A DNA stretch of 64,000 nt, taken from positions 1-64,000 of IMG/VR virus record IMGVR_UViG_3300032138_000008; one strand, written 5' to 3'. The notes beneath the pieces are model-generated. The model saw only the letters and a program-made list of their open reading frames with translations, was not told the DNA's origin and did not search any database. Each line of letters opens with the position of its first letter. Within the stretch, counting starts at the first letter, position 1. The DNA is from a virus. Taxonomy: Duplodnaviria > Caudoviricetes. Below are positions 38,296-47,868 of the stretch, in pieces. The position numbers and the translations under genes are program-made.

Positions 38296-39642
38296 ATGGC
38301 TTATAAATTTCAATTAGGTGGTGCGATTCTTAGCGGTGCCTTAAATGTAAAAGGAGACTTGACAGCTAGTACTGACGTCAGTGGTGCACTGGTCAACATC
38401 TCCGCATCCAACTTCCTCGTTGGTGGTGGGTTGCAGATGGCGCGTGTTACAGCTTCATCGAATTTCAATGCAGTTGGAGGAGACGGTCTCATGTGGTTGA
38501 ACTCGCAAGATGGAAAGGTGGTCGCAATGACCCCAACCGCGTTCGCTAGTAATTTAGCGGGCGATGGACTTAAGTCTACTACCGGCTCTGTCGTAGTGAA
38601 CGTTGACGATTCAACTATCAATATTGATGAAGATAAAATTCAAGTCAAAGATCTTGGTATTGGAACAGGTCAACTTGGTACGGGTTCTGTAACTCGCGCC
38701 AAGATCGGACAAGATGCGGTCGGACCTGCGCAGATTAATATCTTCGACGACGGCTTGGCCCCAAATAACACTCAATTCTTAATTGCTGATGGCACTGATT
38801 TCAGTTCCTTTGCGTTAAGTGGTGATGTGACTGCTACCGCCGCCGGCGTTGTTTCGATTGGTGATAATAAGATTGTGACCAATCTGATTCTTTCGGGTGC
38901 TGTCACCGGTCCCAAGATCGGCGATCAGCAGATCGTTCAACGCAACCTTGCAACTGGTTCTGTAGAAGTAAATGCGATCAAGCAAGGGGCTGTTACAATG
39001 GCTGCACTAGCTACTGGTTCTGTAGAAACGGCGGCTTTTGCCTCCGGCTCTGTAACTCGTGCTAAGATTGCAGGCCAAGCTGTTAATGTTGAGCAGTTGT
39101 CGGCAGACGTTGCTGGCGAAGGTTTGGCTGGCGCCAACGGCACGCCGGTGTCACTGGATGTGTCAAGCCTTACTACTGTCTTAACCGGATCGGCACTGGA
39201 CGGTTTGGACGTATTCGCTGCTTTCGACGTGGGCGCAGGAGTACAAAAGAAGTCTACTTTGGCTGATATAGCTACAAAGATGGCTGGTAGTGGTATTACT
39301 GCTACTAACGGTGTCTTAGCTGTTGGTGCTGTGACTGGGTCTGGTGACTCAATTACTGTAACTGCGATTGCGGATGGCGACGATTGTGTAGCCGGAATCA
39401 ACTATTTCACTGGTACAATTCAACCCGGTGAAGGCAAGATCGACGTGAATTTGCCGGCGAGTCCCACTGTGGGCGACGTCGTCATGGTTAAGGCCCCGAG
39501 TAACTGCGGCCCGCAGAATCGTGTCGAAATTGGAGTGCAAGGTAGCCACAAAATTGATGGTATTACCGACGTCATCTTAGATGATACTTACGCTGCTGTT
39601 AATTTCGTTTACGTTGTAGCTAACAAGTGGTCTATTGTCTAA
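38296..39642 (+). CDS. Fibre/spike protein with short beta-repeats (448 aa)
   Basis: Repeated GSVTxAKI-type units; C-terminal module closely similar to that of 37451; GGAGG upstream. Confidence 0.65.
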   Translation: MAYKFQLGGAILSGALNVKGDLTASTDVSGALVNISASNFLVGGGLQMARVTASSNFNAVGGDGLMWLNSQDGKVVAMTPTAFASNLAGDGLKSTTGSVVVNVDDSTINIDEDKIQVKDLGIGTGQLGTGSVTRAKIGQDAVGPAQINIFDDGLAPNNTQFLIADGTDFSSFALSGDVTATAAGVVSIGDNKIVTNLILSGAVTGPKIGDQQIVQRNLATGSVEVNAIKQGAVTMAALATGSVETAAFASGSVTRAKIAGQAVNVEQLSADVAGEGLAGANGTPVSLDVSSLTTVLTGSALDGLDVFAAFDVGAGVQKKSTLADIATKMAGSGITATNGVLAVGAVTGSGDSITVTAIADGDDCVAGINYFTGTIQPGEGKIDVNLPASPTVGDVVMVKAPSNCGPQNRVEIGVQGSHKIDGITDVILDDTYAAVNFVYVVANKWSIV

Positions 39643-39677
39643 TTTGAGTTTTATCTCTTACTAAGATAATGTTTACT

Positions 39678-39709
39678 GGGCGTCCCTCCTTGTGGGGGGC
39701 GCCCTTTTT
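39678..39709 (+). terminator. Intrinsic terminator
   Basis: gggcgtccctc/ggggggcgccc stem followed by TTTTT. Confidence 0.75.
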
Positions 39710-39726
39710 GCGTACTACTTACTATT

Positions 39727-39957
39727 ATGAGAACATTAGACTTACACGGTGCCCATCACACCGCCGTTCAAAGTAAAGTTGAGAATTTTGTCTTAAGCTA
39801 CAGCGTGCCTCTCCGCATAATAACGGGAAACTCCACTCGAATGCAGGCGCTAGTACGCCAGATCTTAGAAAGATACGATTTTGGCTTTTATTATGAGAGC
39901 GATTATAATTTGGGAAGCCTAATTATCACAGATAACACCAAATACTGGTCCAACTAG
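39727..39957 (+). CDS. Stand-alone Smr-domain protein (76 aa)
   Basis: TLDLHG at N-terminus and RIITGNS at the position of the Smr IxHGxG loop. Confidence 0.65.
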   Translation: MRTLDLHGAHHTAVQSKVENFVLSYSVPLRIITGNSTRMQALVRQILERYDFGFYYESDYNLGSLIITDNTKYWSN

Positions 39958-39973
39958 AAGGTACAAACATAGT

Positions 39974-41080
39974 ATGGCTTATAATATTGCGCAATTTCCT
40001 CTCGAAACCCCCCTTGTGGGATTGGGAGAGGAAGAGCGAGAACAGCTTAAGAAGATTGACAAGGTTGATCATGCGATTGACAACTTTTCCGATGAGAAGA
40101 TCGGCGGCCAAAAGATCTTTACGCAAACAGTAATTGCCGAAGGTTATAAATTGCACGACGGAACGCTCTTAAAGCCCGTAGCAGTCGAGACCATCAAAAA
40201 CAATCGTGCTTCCGGTGTTCTGATAGCCAATGGCGACAAAACCATCACAGCAGCCGCCAACCTCGCATGGGATGGACACACGCTAACCGGTGAAAATTTG
40301 AAATTCAACAATATTTATGGATCTGGAGAGAACCTAATCGATCTCCCCGCGGAGAACTTGCGAGGACTAGTCCCAGCCAAGAGTTTAGACCTGCGCAAGA
40401 ACGGCGCTCTTGCTGTCGAAGACGACCAACTAACATTAAGCTTTCACACGGTAGGTTCTATCAAAATGAACGGACAAACCCTGGCAGACGGCGACAGTAT
40501 TTTGGTATACGACAACTCGCACAACCTGATCCGCAAATCCACCCTCCAAGCCTTCTATAAAGACTACATTAACTCTAAGATTCACCACCCTAGCGGCGAG
40601 CAGCACACCCTCCAGTTTAGAAAGGGTTCGTCTTTTGGTTCGGCACCCACATTAACGTTCGACTCCGGACAAAACCTTTTGAATGTCCACGGTCAAGTCT
40701 CGACGCTAACTTTGAAAGCCAGCGAACAAGTACAACTAGACGGCCCCGTGCTACACAGTTCAGCGCAGCACCAAAACATTACTACTGTATCTCAGAAGGA
40801 CTACAAAGTCGGACCCGACGACTATACTATCCTGGCAGACACCTCCGCCAACAATGTGTGTGTGGTGCTTCCCGACGCCAGCACAAACCGCGGCCGCCTC
40901 CTTAATATTAAGGCAGTTCATACCGAAAAATACACCCTCAAAGGAAACGTTTTAACCATCAAGAGTGCCGGCGGTTCAATCGATCTGTTCGAGGATATCA
41001 AATTAAAAATGAACACTTCTTCTCGCTGTCTTCAATCAGACGGTGAAAATTGGTGGATTATCAATAGTCGCGGCTCATAA
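39974..41080 (+). CDS. Fibre/spike protein (368 aa)
   Basis: C-terminal DYTILADTS...VVLPDAS...IKAV...SDGENWWII module; AAGG upstream. Confidence 0.6.
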   Translation: MAYNIAQFPLETPLVGLGEEEREQLKKIDKVDHAIDNFSDEKIGGQKIFTQTVIAEGYKLHDGTLLKPVAVETIKNNRASGVLIANGDKTITAAANLAWDGHTLTGENLKFNNIYGSGENLIDLPAENLRGLVPAKSLDLRKNGALAVEDDQLTLSFHTVGSIKMNGQTLADGDSILVYDNSHNLIRKSTLQAFYKDYINSKIHHPSGEQHTLQFRKGSSFGSAPTLTFDSGQNLLNVHGQVSTLTLKASEQVQLDGPVLHSSAQHQNITTVSQKDYKVGPDDYTILADTSANNVCVVLPDASTNRGRLLNIKAVHTEKYTLKGNVLTIKSAGGSIDLFEDIKLKMNTSSRCLQSDGENWWIINSRGS

Positions 41081-41105
41081 TAATAGTCGTTTTGACTTCT
41101 GCAGC

Positions 41106-41114
41106 ACTATTTAT
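41106..41114 (+). promoter_or_regulatory. ACTATTTAT motif, candidate late promoter for scaffold and capsid
   Basis: Intergenic, 41 nt before the ATG at 41147. Confidence 0.65.
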
Positions 41115-41146
41115 TTTGAATTAGTGCCATTTGTAGGAGTATATTA

Positions 41147-42343
41147 ATGTCCCACTTGTTAAGAGACGCGATTGTCGACGCAAAAGCTCTGCGCGAAGCC
41201 GCGCTTAAAAACGCGGAAGCTTCCGTAATCGATAGATATTCAGAAGAGGTGAGAAGCACCCTTAACGCCCTTCTGGAGCAAGAAGAGGAAGCCCCTCTCG
41301 ACCTTGGTGCAGACTTAGCAGCGCCTGATGCCGGTGCTGAGACCGGCGCACCCCCCATGGATTTGGGCGCCCCCGAAGAAGGCGCGCTCGAAGAAGGCGA
41401 AGCCGAAGAAGTGGCCGAAAACATTCCACTCGCTGCGACTGACGGACTCTCCGAAAACGAGGGTGAAGGCTTATCCCGCCTCCCACGTTCCGGCGAAGAC
41501 GTCGAGGTAGACATTAACCTTGATGCCCTCCAAGAAGCCGTACAACAGCTTCAAGGTGAGCAGGAAATCAATCTTAACGAAGCAGATTTGTATGCATTGT
41601 TGGAGGATGCCGATCCACTGGGCGCCCAAGAATCCGGCGAAATGGCCACCGATCCCGACACCGAGAAGGAAGGTGGTGCCCAAGGCGAAGCTGATGCGGC
41701 TGAAGAAGCCGCTGAAAGTACAGAGTTTGAAGCTTCGGATGATGCCGGCGTAGGCCCCACCAAAGAATCCCTCGATATTTCCGATGAATTTATTGATTCC
41801 ATCGTAGAAAGGCTTACAGTTGATATGGGTGCAGACTTAACTGGTTGGGCTGGAAGCTCCACCGAAGCCATGCGCTACCAAATGGAAAAAGAATTTGCTC
41901 GCCGTCGCAGTACTGACGTCGAGGACAATATGAACGATTTGAAGAAGGCTCAAGAAGAAGTTGTTTTCGAAAATAAACGACTTAAAGATAGCCTTACACA
42001 ATACAAGCAAGCAACTCAACAGCTTAAGGAAAGTCTACATGATGTAAACCTTTCGAACGCTCGCTTGCTTTACACGAACCGTGTTTTGAGAAATACCTCC
42101 CTAAATGAGCGGCAAAAAACAAAAATTGCCGATGCTATTTCAAAAGCTGGTTCCGTAACAGAAGCAAAGACAATATACCGTACGCTTGAAAGCACAGTGG
42201 AGTCCGCCCCTAAACGTGGACCACAATCACTTAGCGAAGCAATTGGTCGTCAGCGCACCTCTGTTATTCGTGCTTCCCGTCAGGAAAGCACACCATCCGA
42301 TCCAATTGCGGATAGGATGAAAAAACTAGCAGGTATCGCATAG
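41147..42343 (+). CDS. gp22: Prohead core scaffolding protein (T4 gp22-like)
   Basis: Acidic, coiled-coil, directly upstream of the capsid gene; VNLSNARLLYTNRV; ends RMKKLAGI. Confidence 0.75.
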   Translation: MSHLLRDAIVDAKALREAALKNAEASVIDRYSEEVRSTLNALLEQEEEAPLDLGADLAAPDAGAETGAPPMDLGAPEEGALEEGEAEEVAENIPLAATDGLSENEGEGLSRLPRSGEDVEVDINLDALQEAVQQLQGEQEINLNEADLYALLEDADPLGAQESGEMATDPDTEKEGGAQGEADAAEEAAESTEFEASDDAGVGPTKESLDISDEFIDSIVERLTVDMGADLTGWAGSSTEAMRYQMEKEFARRRSTDVEDNMNDLKKAQEEVVFENKRLKDSLTQYKQATQQLKESLHDVNLSNARLLYTNRVLRNTSLNERQKTKIADAISKAGSVTEAKTIYRTLESTVESAPKRGPQSLSEAIGRQRTSVIRASRQESTPSDPIADRMKKLAGIA

Positions 42344-42377
42344 ATACAAATACATATATTATAGGAGGTATTTTAAA

Positions 42378-44183
42378 ATGGCTGGTATTATTGAACGATT
42401 GACCGAAGGAGTTATCAATCGTGACCTGCGTGCCGAAGGGCATGCACTTTTAGAGAAGTGGGAGCGCACTGGATTGCTGGAAGGCATTGATAGTGATCGC
42501 AAGCGCCACTCTATGGCTCGACTGCTTGAGAACCAAGCAAAAGAGCTTCTCCGTGAAACTTCTACCATGGCCGGTGGAGATGTCGAAGGTTTTGCAGCCG
42601 TCGCATTCCCCATTGTCCGTCGTGTTTTCGCGGGACTGATTGCTAACGATCTTGTTAGTGTTCAGCCGATGAGTCTCCCCTCGGGTCTCATCTTCTTCCT
42701 GGATTTCACCATTAGCAGGGACACCGGCGACGGCAAGAACGACGAGTATTCGCGTTTGGCCTACAACTGGTCCAGTTCTTTCTACGGTGGTGGAAAGGTT
42801 GGCTCCCAGATCACTGGTGGTGTGGACTTGGACGAGTATGGCGTAGGCTATGCTGGTGGTGCGTATAACCTCAACAACGGTTATTCGTCTCCGACAGGTT
42901 CCGCTCTCGCAAATGCTGTTACGTTGACTCCCCAGGCAGGCCCATACGGAAAGTTTGGAAGTCAGGAAACTTCAGCATCTGTCCTTAATAAGGCAGTTAC
43001 TTGGGATCCGGATCTCGTTTCCGGCTCGGCTGTTTTGTCCGTGGTTACCGTCTTGCAATCTGGTCTCGATCAGGTTAATGTAGACGGACCGCAGTCCTTT
43101 AACATCTCCAGTTCTGCTGGTAATGGTATCCTTTCTCTGGCCCAGGGCGCTGTTGCGCGTTTGGTTCGGCGTCACACTCAGGTTGTGAGTGCCTCGGCTA
43201 CTCCTCGTCTGAAGCTTGTCTTCGTCAGTACTGGTAGTGATGGTGCACAGGGGGACCACGGGTTGATTGCGGAAATCTCTACGCAAGTGTTGCAGGGACT
43301 CACATCGAGTGTTAACACTATTTCCTGGGCACAAACCGATGACCTCGTCGCCGGTGGTGCAGCAGGTTCTATTGTTGGACAGGCTGAGTGGGGACTTGAG
43401 AATGAGCAGAACATCCCCGAGATCGACATCAAGGTCGATTCCGTGGCGATTACTGCCATGACCAAGAAGCTCAAGGCTAAGTGGACCCCGGAGTTAGGAC
43501 AAGATCTTAACGCCTACCACAACCTTGATGCTGAGGTTGAGCTTACGAGCATTCTCTCCGAGCAAGTTGCTCTTGAGATTGACCGTGAGGTTCTCGCAGA
43601 TCTCGTCAATGGCGCGACTGCAGCAACCTACTACTGGTCCCGCTCTCCCGGTATGTTCTTAAACCGTGAGACTGGTGCTGAAATTGGAGCGTCTTCTAAG
43701 GCTCCCGATTTCACCGGTACAGTGAGTGAGTGGTATGAAACCCTCATCGAGACCATTAATGATGTGTCTGCACAGATTCACCGCAAGACTTTGCGGGGTG
43801 GTGCTAACTTTGTCGTCTGCGGACCCGAAGTTGCCAACCTCCTTGAGTTTACGGCTGGTTTCCGTGCTTCCGTCACTAATGACGACGAGAAGGGTTCCAT
43901 CGGTGCCGTCAAGGTCGGTTCACTTTCCAAGAAGTTTGATGTCATTGTTGACCCATACTTCCTCCGGAACGTGATTCTGGTCGGACGTCGCGGATCCTCT
44001 TTCCTTGAAAGCGGATTTGTTTACGCACCGTATGTGCCACTGCAAACCACACCCACTATCTTTGGCCCTGAAGACTTCGTGCCCCGCAAGGGCGTGATGA
44101 CTCGGTACGCCAAGAAGATGGTGCGTCCCGATATGTACGGTCTTGTTATCGTGCGCGGACTCTTGGGTGAGTCAGGCGGCTGA
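42378..44183 (+). CDS. gp23: Major capsid protein (T4 gp23-like, 601 aa)
   Basis: LLENQ, FPIVRRVF, VSVQPMSLPSG, IPEIDIKV, KKLKAKWTPELGQDL, FVYAPYVPLQ, KGVMTRYA; AGGAGG upstream. Confidence 0.95.
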   Translation: MAGIIERLTEGVINRDLRAEGHALLEKWERTGLLEGIDSDRKRHSMARLLENQAKELLRETSTMAGGDVEGFAAVAFPIVRRVFAGLIANDLVSVQPMSLPSGLIFFLDFTISRDTGDGKNDEYSRLAYNWSSSFYGGGKVGSQITGGVDLDEYGVGYAGGAYNLNNGYSSPTGSALANAVTLTPQAGPYGKFGSQETSASVLNKAVTWDPDLVSGSAVLSVVTVLQSGLDQVNVDGPQSFNISSSAGNGILSLAQGAVARLVRRHTQVVSASATPRLKLVFVSTGSDGAQGDHGLIAEISTQVLQGLTSSVNTISWAQTDDLVAGGAAGSIVGQAEWGLENEQNIPEIDIKVDSVAITAMTKKLKAKWTPELGQDLNAYHNLDAEVELTSILSEQVALEIDREVLADLVNGATAATYYWSRSPGMFLNRETGAEIGASSKAPDFTGTVSEWYETLIETINDVSAQIHRKTLRGGANFVVCGPEVANLLEFTAGFRASVTNDDEKGSIGAVKVGSLSKKFDVIVDPYFLRNVILVGRRGSSFLESGFVYAPYVPLQTTPTIFGPEDFVPRKGVMTRYAKKMVRPDMYGLVIVRGLLGESGG

Positions 44184-44212
44184 TCAATAGATTAGTCCTC
44201 TATAAAACAATC

Positions 44213-44249
44213 CCCCCTGTCACATTCGTGTGACAGGGGGTTTGTTTTT
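44213..44249 (+). terminator. Strong intrinsic terminator after capsid gene
   Basis: 12-bp stem ccccctgtcaca/tgtgacaggggg, UUCG loop, followed by tttgttttt. Confidence 0.9.
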
Positions 44250-44292
44250 GGAGAAATAAATATAAAGAAGATGGAGCTTAGGTTCTGCTCCG

Positions 44293-44300
44293 ACTATTTA
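44293..44300 (+). promoter_or_regulatory. ACTATTTA motif, candidate late promoter
   Basis: Downstream of the terminator, 54 nt before ATG 44347. Confidence 0.6.
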
Positions 44301-44346
44301 AAAACAGCATACCACTACATGTCCCTATTATAAGGAGGAACTTCAT

Positions 44347-44889
44347 ATGGGTAACCAACCAAGCGCTGCAAGAATGAAAAGACTGATGGGAGGCAACAAG
44401 ATTGAACCCACCTCCATCGAAACTCCTGAAGCCACCATTACTACTTTGAACACGAGCACCGTGACGCTTTCGGGGCCCAACACAAATGGTCTTGCGGGTG
44501 TTATTCTATCGGACAGCAAAAACCTCACTGGAGGCGCCGACGACTACGAGGTCACGATGACGCAGCCCGAGGATACCACTTTGTTGGAAGTGGGTCTTTT
44601 CTTCTCCCAAGCTACCGACGCCAGTGGCGACCTCATTGTAGATTTTGGAACGTCAGCCGGTGGTCAGCAGATAGTTGCGAATACCACCGTCGTTTCTTCG
44701 AACACGGCGACCGCTAATAGTGCTGTATCGACAGGAGGTATGAAAGCTGAGGCCGGAAACTCCCTAGCTTTTGTGACCAACTATACTCATCATGTAACTT
44801 CCGATACAACCATTACTTGTAGCCTTACAACCGATGGAACCAACACCACGGGTATTTACAGAGCATATATCAAGTATATCTATATGTAG
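44347..44889 (+). CDS. Putative capsid decoration protein (180 aa)
   Basis: Thr-rich beta protein right after the capsid gene, with its own promoter motif, AAGGAGG and terminator. Confidence 0.5.
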   Translation: MGNQPSAARMKRLMGGNKIEPTSIETPEATITTLNTSTVTLSGPNTNGLAGVILSDSKNLTGGADDYEVTMTQPEDTTLLEVGLFFSQATDASGDLIVDFGTSAGGQQIVANTTVVSSNTATANSAVSTGGMKAEAGNSLAFVTNYTHHVTSDTTITCSLTTDGTNTTGIYRAYIKYIYM

Positions 44890-44920
44890 GACTTGAATAA
44901 GAAGAATAGTTTATATTTGA

Positions 44921-44950
44921 ACCCCCTCCGAAGAGGGGGTTTTATTTTTT
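44921..44950 (+). terminator. Intrinsic terminator
   Basis: accccctc-cgaa-gagggggt followed by tttatttttt. Confidence 0.85.
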
Positions 44951-45050
44951 GACATCAGTAGCCAAAAGGTCGATCTGCTAAATTTTTTCCCCGGTAAATT
45001 TTTGAGATTTTCGTTTTATGAATAGTTGGAGGCGCCTTTGCTCTTGAACA

Positions 45051-45058
45051 ACTATTTA
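45051..45058 (+). promoter_or_regulatory. ACTATTTA motif, candidate late promoter
   Basis: Intergenic, 30 nt before ATG 45081. Confidence 0.6.
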
Positions 45059-45080
45059 GTTTAGCAGAGGATCCCTTTTT

Positions 45081-46373
45081 ATGCCAACTGACCTTCAACC
45101 TATTTCCGAAACTAGTGCGATAGTATTAACTTCCACCGGTAGTGCAGCCAAAGTTGCTGCCGCAGTCCCCTTTGGAGCCTACACCGGTTCCGTTGATTTC
45201 CTAAGCGGAGCAGCCCTCCAGGTAGCTTACGTTTATAAGAAACTGGGTGGAGATGTAGTCGACATTGAGTTGACCCCCAACAATGTATACGCCGCTTATG
45301 AAGAAGCCGTATTAGAGTACTCCTACATTATTAACCTTCACCAGGGCAAAAACAGCCTCGGCAGTTTGCTCGGAGATGCTACCGGCACCTTCGATCATAT
45401 CGGAAACATCAAGAGCGGCTCCCTTTCCTCCAGTTTAGGAGGAACACACGTTTCCCTCAAGTACCCCCGCTTTCAGTTTGAAGCAGCGCGCTCCGCCGGC
45501 GACGGTTTAGCAGCGGCCGCAGGGTTTGGTGGCACCATCCGCGAATATTCCGCCTCTTTCGGACCTGCTCAAGGTGTGCAGGACTACGATCTCCAGGGCA
45601 TTATTAGCAGTGCCTCTAATTCGGGCGTCGACGACGGGGGACAGGCTGTCGATTACAGCGGCAAAGTTGATAACAAGAGGGTAATCATCACTCAGGTTTT
45701 TTACGTCTCTCCTAGGGCAATGTGGCGCTTCTATGGCTATTATGGAGGGGTAGGTGTCGTTGGTAATTATTCCACATACGGACAGTTCGCCGATGACTCC
45801 ACATTTGAGATTATTCCCACATGGCAGAACAAACTGCAAGCTATCATGTACGAGGACTCTATTAGAACCCGTACTTCCAACTATTCCTATGAATTGATTG
45901 ATGGAAGGCTTAGACTGTTCCCCACCCCGAGCTATTGGGGACTTGCAGAGATGGATCGTATTTGGTTCAAGTTTTATGTTGAGGACAACGCCTGGGATGA
46001 CAACGCCGGCTATGATGGCAGCATCGGTGGTATCAACAACATCAACACCGCGCCTTTTGGCAACATTCCCTATGTCAATATTAACTCAATTGGTAAACAA
46101 TGGATTAGAAAGTACGCCTTAGCGCTCTGTAAGGAGATGCTGGGTCAAATTCGCGGCAAATTCACGACAATGCCAATTCCTGGCGAGAGCGTCACTCTCA
46201 ATCATTCAGAACTGCTCTCACAAGCCAAGGAAGAACAAACAAGCCTTAAAGATAAGCTCCGAGAGCTTCTTAAAGAAATGGAGTATGTGCAACTCACCAA
46301 GGATGACTCGGAACGCGCCACCGCGGCCGCCGAGACCATGAAGTTTTCCCCGTTGCCCATATTTGTGGGGTAA
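45081..46373 (+). CDS. gp13: Neck protein (T4 gp13-like)
   Basis: YKKLGGDVVDIELT, WIRKYALALCKEMLGQIRGKF; synteny after capsid. Confidence 0.7.
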   Translation: MPTDLQPISETSAIVLTSTGSAAKVAAAVPFGAYTGSVDFLSGAALQVAYVYKKLGGDVVDIELTPNNVYAAYEEAVLEYSYIINLHQGKNSLGSLLGDATGTFDHIGNIKSGSLSSSLGGTHVSLKYPRFQFEAARSAGDGLAAAAGFGGTIREYSASFGPAQGVQDYDLQGIISSASNSGVDDGGQAVDYSGKVDNKRVIITQVFYVSPRAMWRFYGYYGGVGVVGNYSTYGQFADDSTFEIIPTWQNKLQAIMYEDSIRTRTSNYSYELIDGRLRLFPTPSYWGLAEMDRIWFKFYVEDNAWDDNAGYDGSIGGINNINTAPFGNIPYVNINSIGKQWIRKYALALCKEMLGQIRGKFTTMPIPGESVTLNHSELLSQAKEEQTSLKDKLRELLKEMEYVQLTKDDSERATAAAETMKFSPLPIFVG

Positions 46374-46379
46374 TAACGA

Positions 46380-46871
46380 ATGTCCGACAACGAATGGAAA
46401 AGACCACCAGCGCCACCACCCCCGCTTTTCTTAGGTAAGAAAGAGCGAGACCTCGTAAAGCAGGTTAATGATGAATTAATCGAAAAAGTCATTGGTCAGC
46501 AGATCTTATACTACCCCATTGATTTGCAGGTCACCAATTTCCATGAATTATACGGCGAAGCCATTGATAAAACTTATTTGCCTCCGGTGCGAGTCTATGC
46601 GTTGGTTGAGTTTACTGATTATGTCACGGAATACATGGAAAATGCCGGAATTGACAAGTCCTGGGAAATTATCATCCACTTCCATCGCCGACGCCTTACC
46701 GAAGACCAAGACTTATATGTCCGTGAAGGCGATTTCGTGCTTTATGGAGATTTTTTCTATGAAATTGTAAAGCTGTCCGAGCCCACTAAGCTTTTTGGAC
46801 AAGTGGACCACAGTTTTGAAATTACTGCGACGTGCAAACGCGCTAGAAAGGGACTATTCGATGCTACCTGA
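46380..46871 (+). CDS. gp14: Neck/head-completion protein (T4 gp14-like)
   Basis: ILYYPID...ELYGE...VREGDFVLY...FYEIVK; synteny. Confidence 0.65.
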   Translation: MSDNEWKRPPAPPPPLFLGKKERDLVKQVNDELIEKVIGQQILYYPIDLQVTNFHELYGEAIDKTYLPPVRVYALVEFTDYVTEYMENAGIDKSWEIIIHFHRRRLTEDQDLYVREGDFVLYGDFFYEIVKLSEPTKLFGQVDHSFEITATCKRARKGLFDAT

Positions 46872-47745
46872 TAACTTTGATTTTGCGATGCTCCCCACGG
46901 ATCACGAACCCTCTTTTAGCTTAAAAGAGATCGGCATGCTGGCTTCCACCATTGAGAACATTGATTATTCGATAGTCTCCTGGGTAAAGGAGGATTTGAA
47001 ACTCTCCACCCGCACTAACGAAGGCTTTGCTGAGACCCCTGTGTTGTGGCAGGTGCCAGAAAGAGCATTCCAGATTAAAAACGAGAAGGCGCTACGAGAT
47101 GACGCCGGCGCATTAAAGCTCCCATTGGTGAGTGTAGAGCGAGCAAACATCGTTAAAGATCCACAGAAGAAAGGCTCTTTTCAAGCTCACTATTATTCTA
47201 AGCGCAAGGATGGCCGCTCCGGACGCTTTATTATCGCCAAGCGCATTGTCCCTGACAAGACACGCAATTTCGCTGTTGCTAGCGGAACGCGAAACAACAC
47301 CGGCGCCAAGAGTCAGCTTTATTATCCGAGAAAGAACAGAAAGATTGTGATTCAAACTCTCTCTATCCCGATTCCGGTATACGTTAATATTGAATACAAG
47401 ATCATGATCAAAACTGAATACCAACAACAAATGAATGAGTTGGTGACGCCATTTATCGGACGCACAGGACAAATTAACTCTTTTGTGATGCGGCGCAACG
47501 GACATTTATACGAAGCGTTTATCGATCAAAGCTTCACTCACAATAACAACGTGAGCAATTTAGCTGAGGACTTGCGCATGTTTACGACCGAGATTACCAT
47601 CCGCGTTCTGGGGTATTTGATCGGCGAGGGGGAGAATGCGGATCGCCCTATTGTGCGCATGGACCAAAACACCGTAGAATTCCAGTTTCCATCCGAAAGA
47701 GAGGTTCCAGGAGGCGAGATTCCATTCTTTGGAGAGAGTTCCTGA
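46861..47745 (+). CDS. Tail terminator/sheath stabiliser (T4 gp15-like)
   Basis: Between neck and sheath; IPIPVYVNIEYKIMI...QQQMNELV; start moved to ATG 46861. Confidence 0.6.
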   Translation: MLPDNFDFAMLPTDHEPSFSLKEIGMLASTIENIDYSIVSWVKEDLKLSTRTNEGFAETPVLWQVPERAFQIKNEKALRDDAGALKLPLVSVERANIVKDPQKKGSFQAHYYSKRKDGRSGRFIIAKRIVPDKTRNFAVASGTRNNTGAKSQLYYPRKNRKIVIQTLSIPIPVYVNIEYKIMIKTEYQQQMNELVTPFIGRTGQINSFVMRRNGHLYEAFIDQSFTHNNNVSNLAEDLRMFTTEITIRVLGYLIGEGENADRPIVRMDQNTVEFQFPSEREVPGGEIPFFGESS

Positions 47746-47805
47746 CATGGACGCCCTTTTTTCTATTTAGTTCAGGACCTTTTTCCGCTTTTTGAAATTA
47801 GAAAT

Positions 47806-47813
47806 ACTATTTA
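47806..47813 (+). promoter_or_regulatory. ACTATTTA motif, candidate late promoter for sheath
   Basis: Intergenic, 63 nt before ATG 47869. Confidence 0.6.
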
Positions 47814-47868
47814 GTTTATGATTGCAATATGATATAATGTCATACTCACAGAAGAGGAACCCAGCAAT

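Noticed and set aside
44949-44980. TTGACA as a second sigma70 promoter
   Set aside because: No acceptable -10 hexamer at 16-18 nt spacing
47746-47795. Terminator before the sheath gene
   Set aside because: T-runs are present but there is no convincing GC stem
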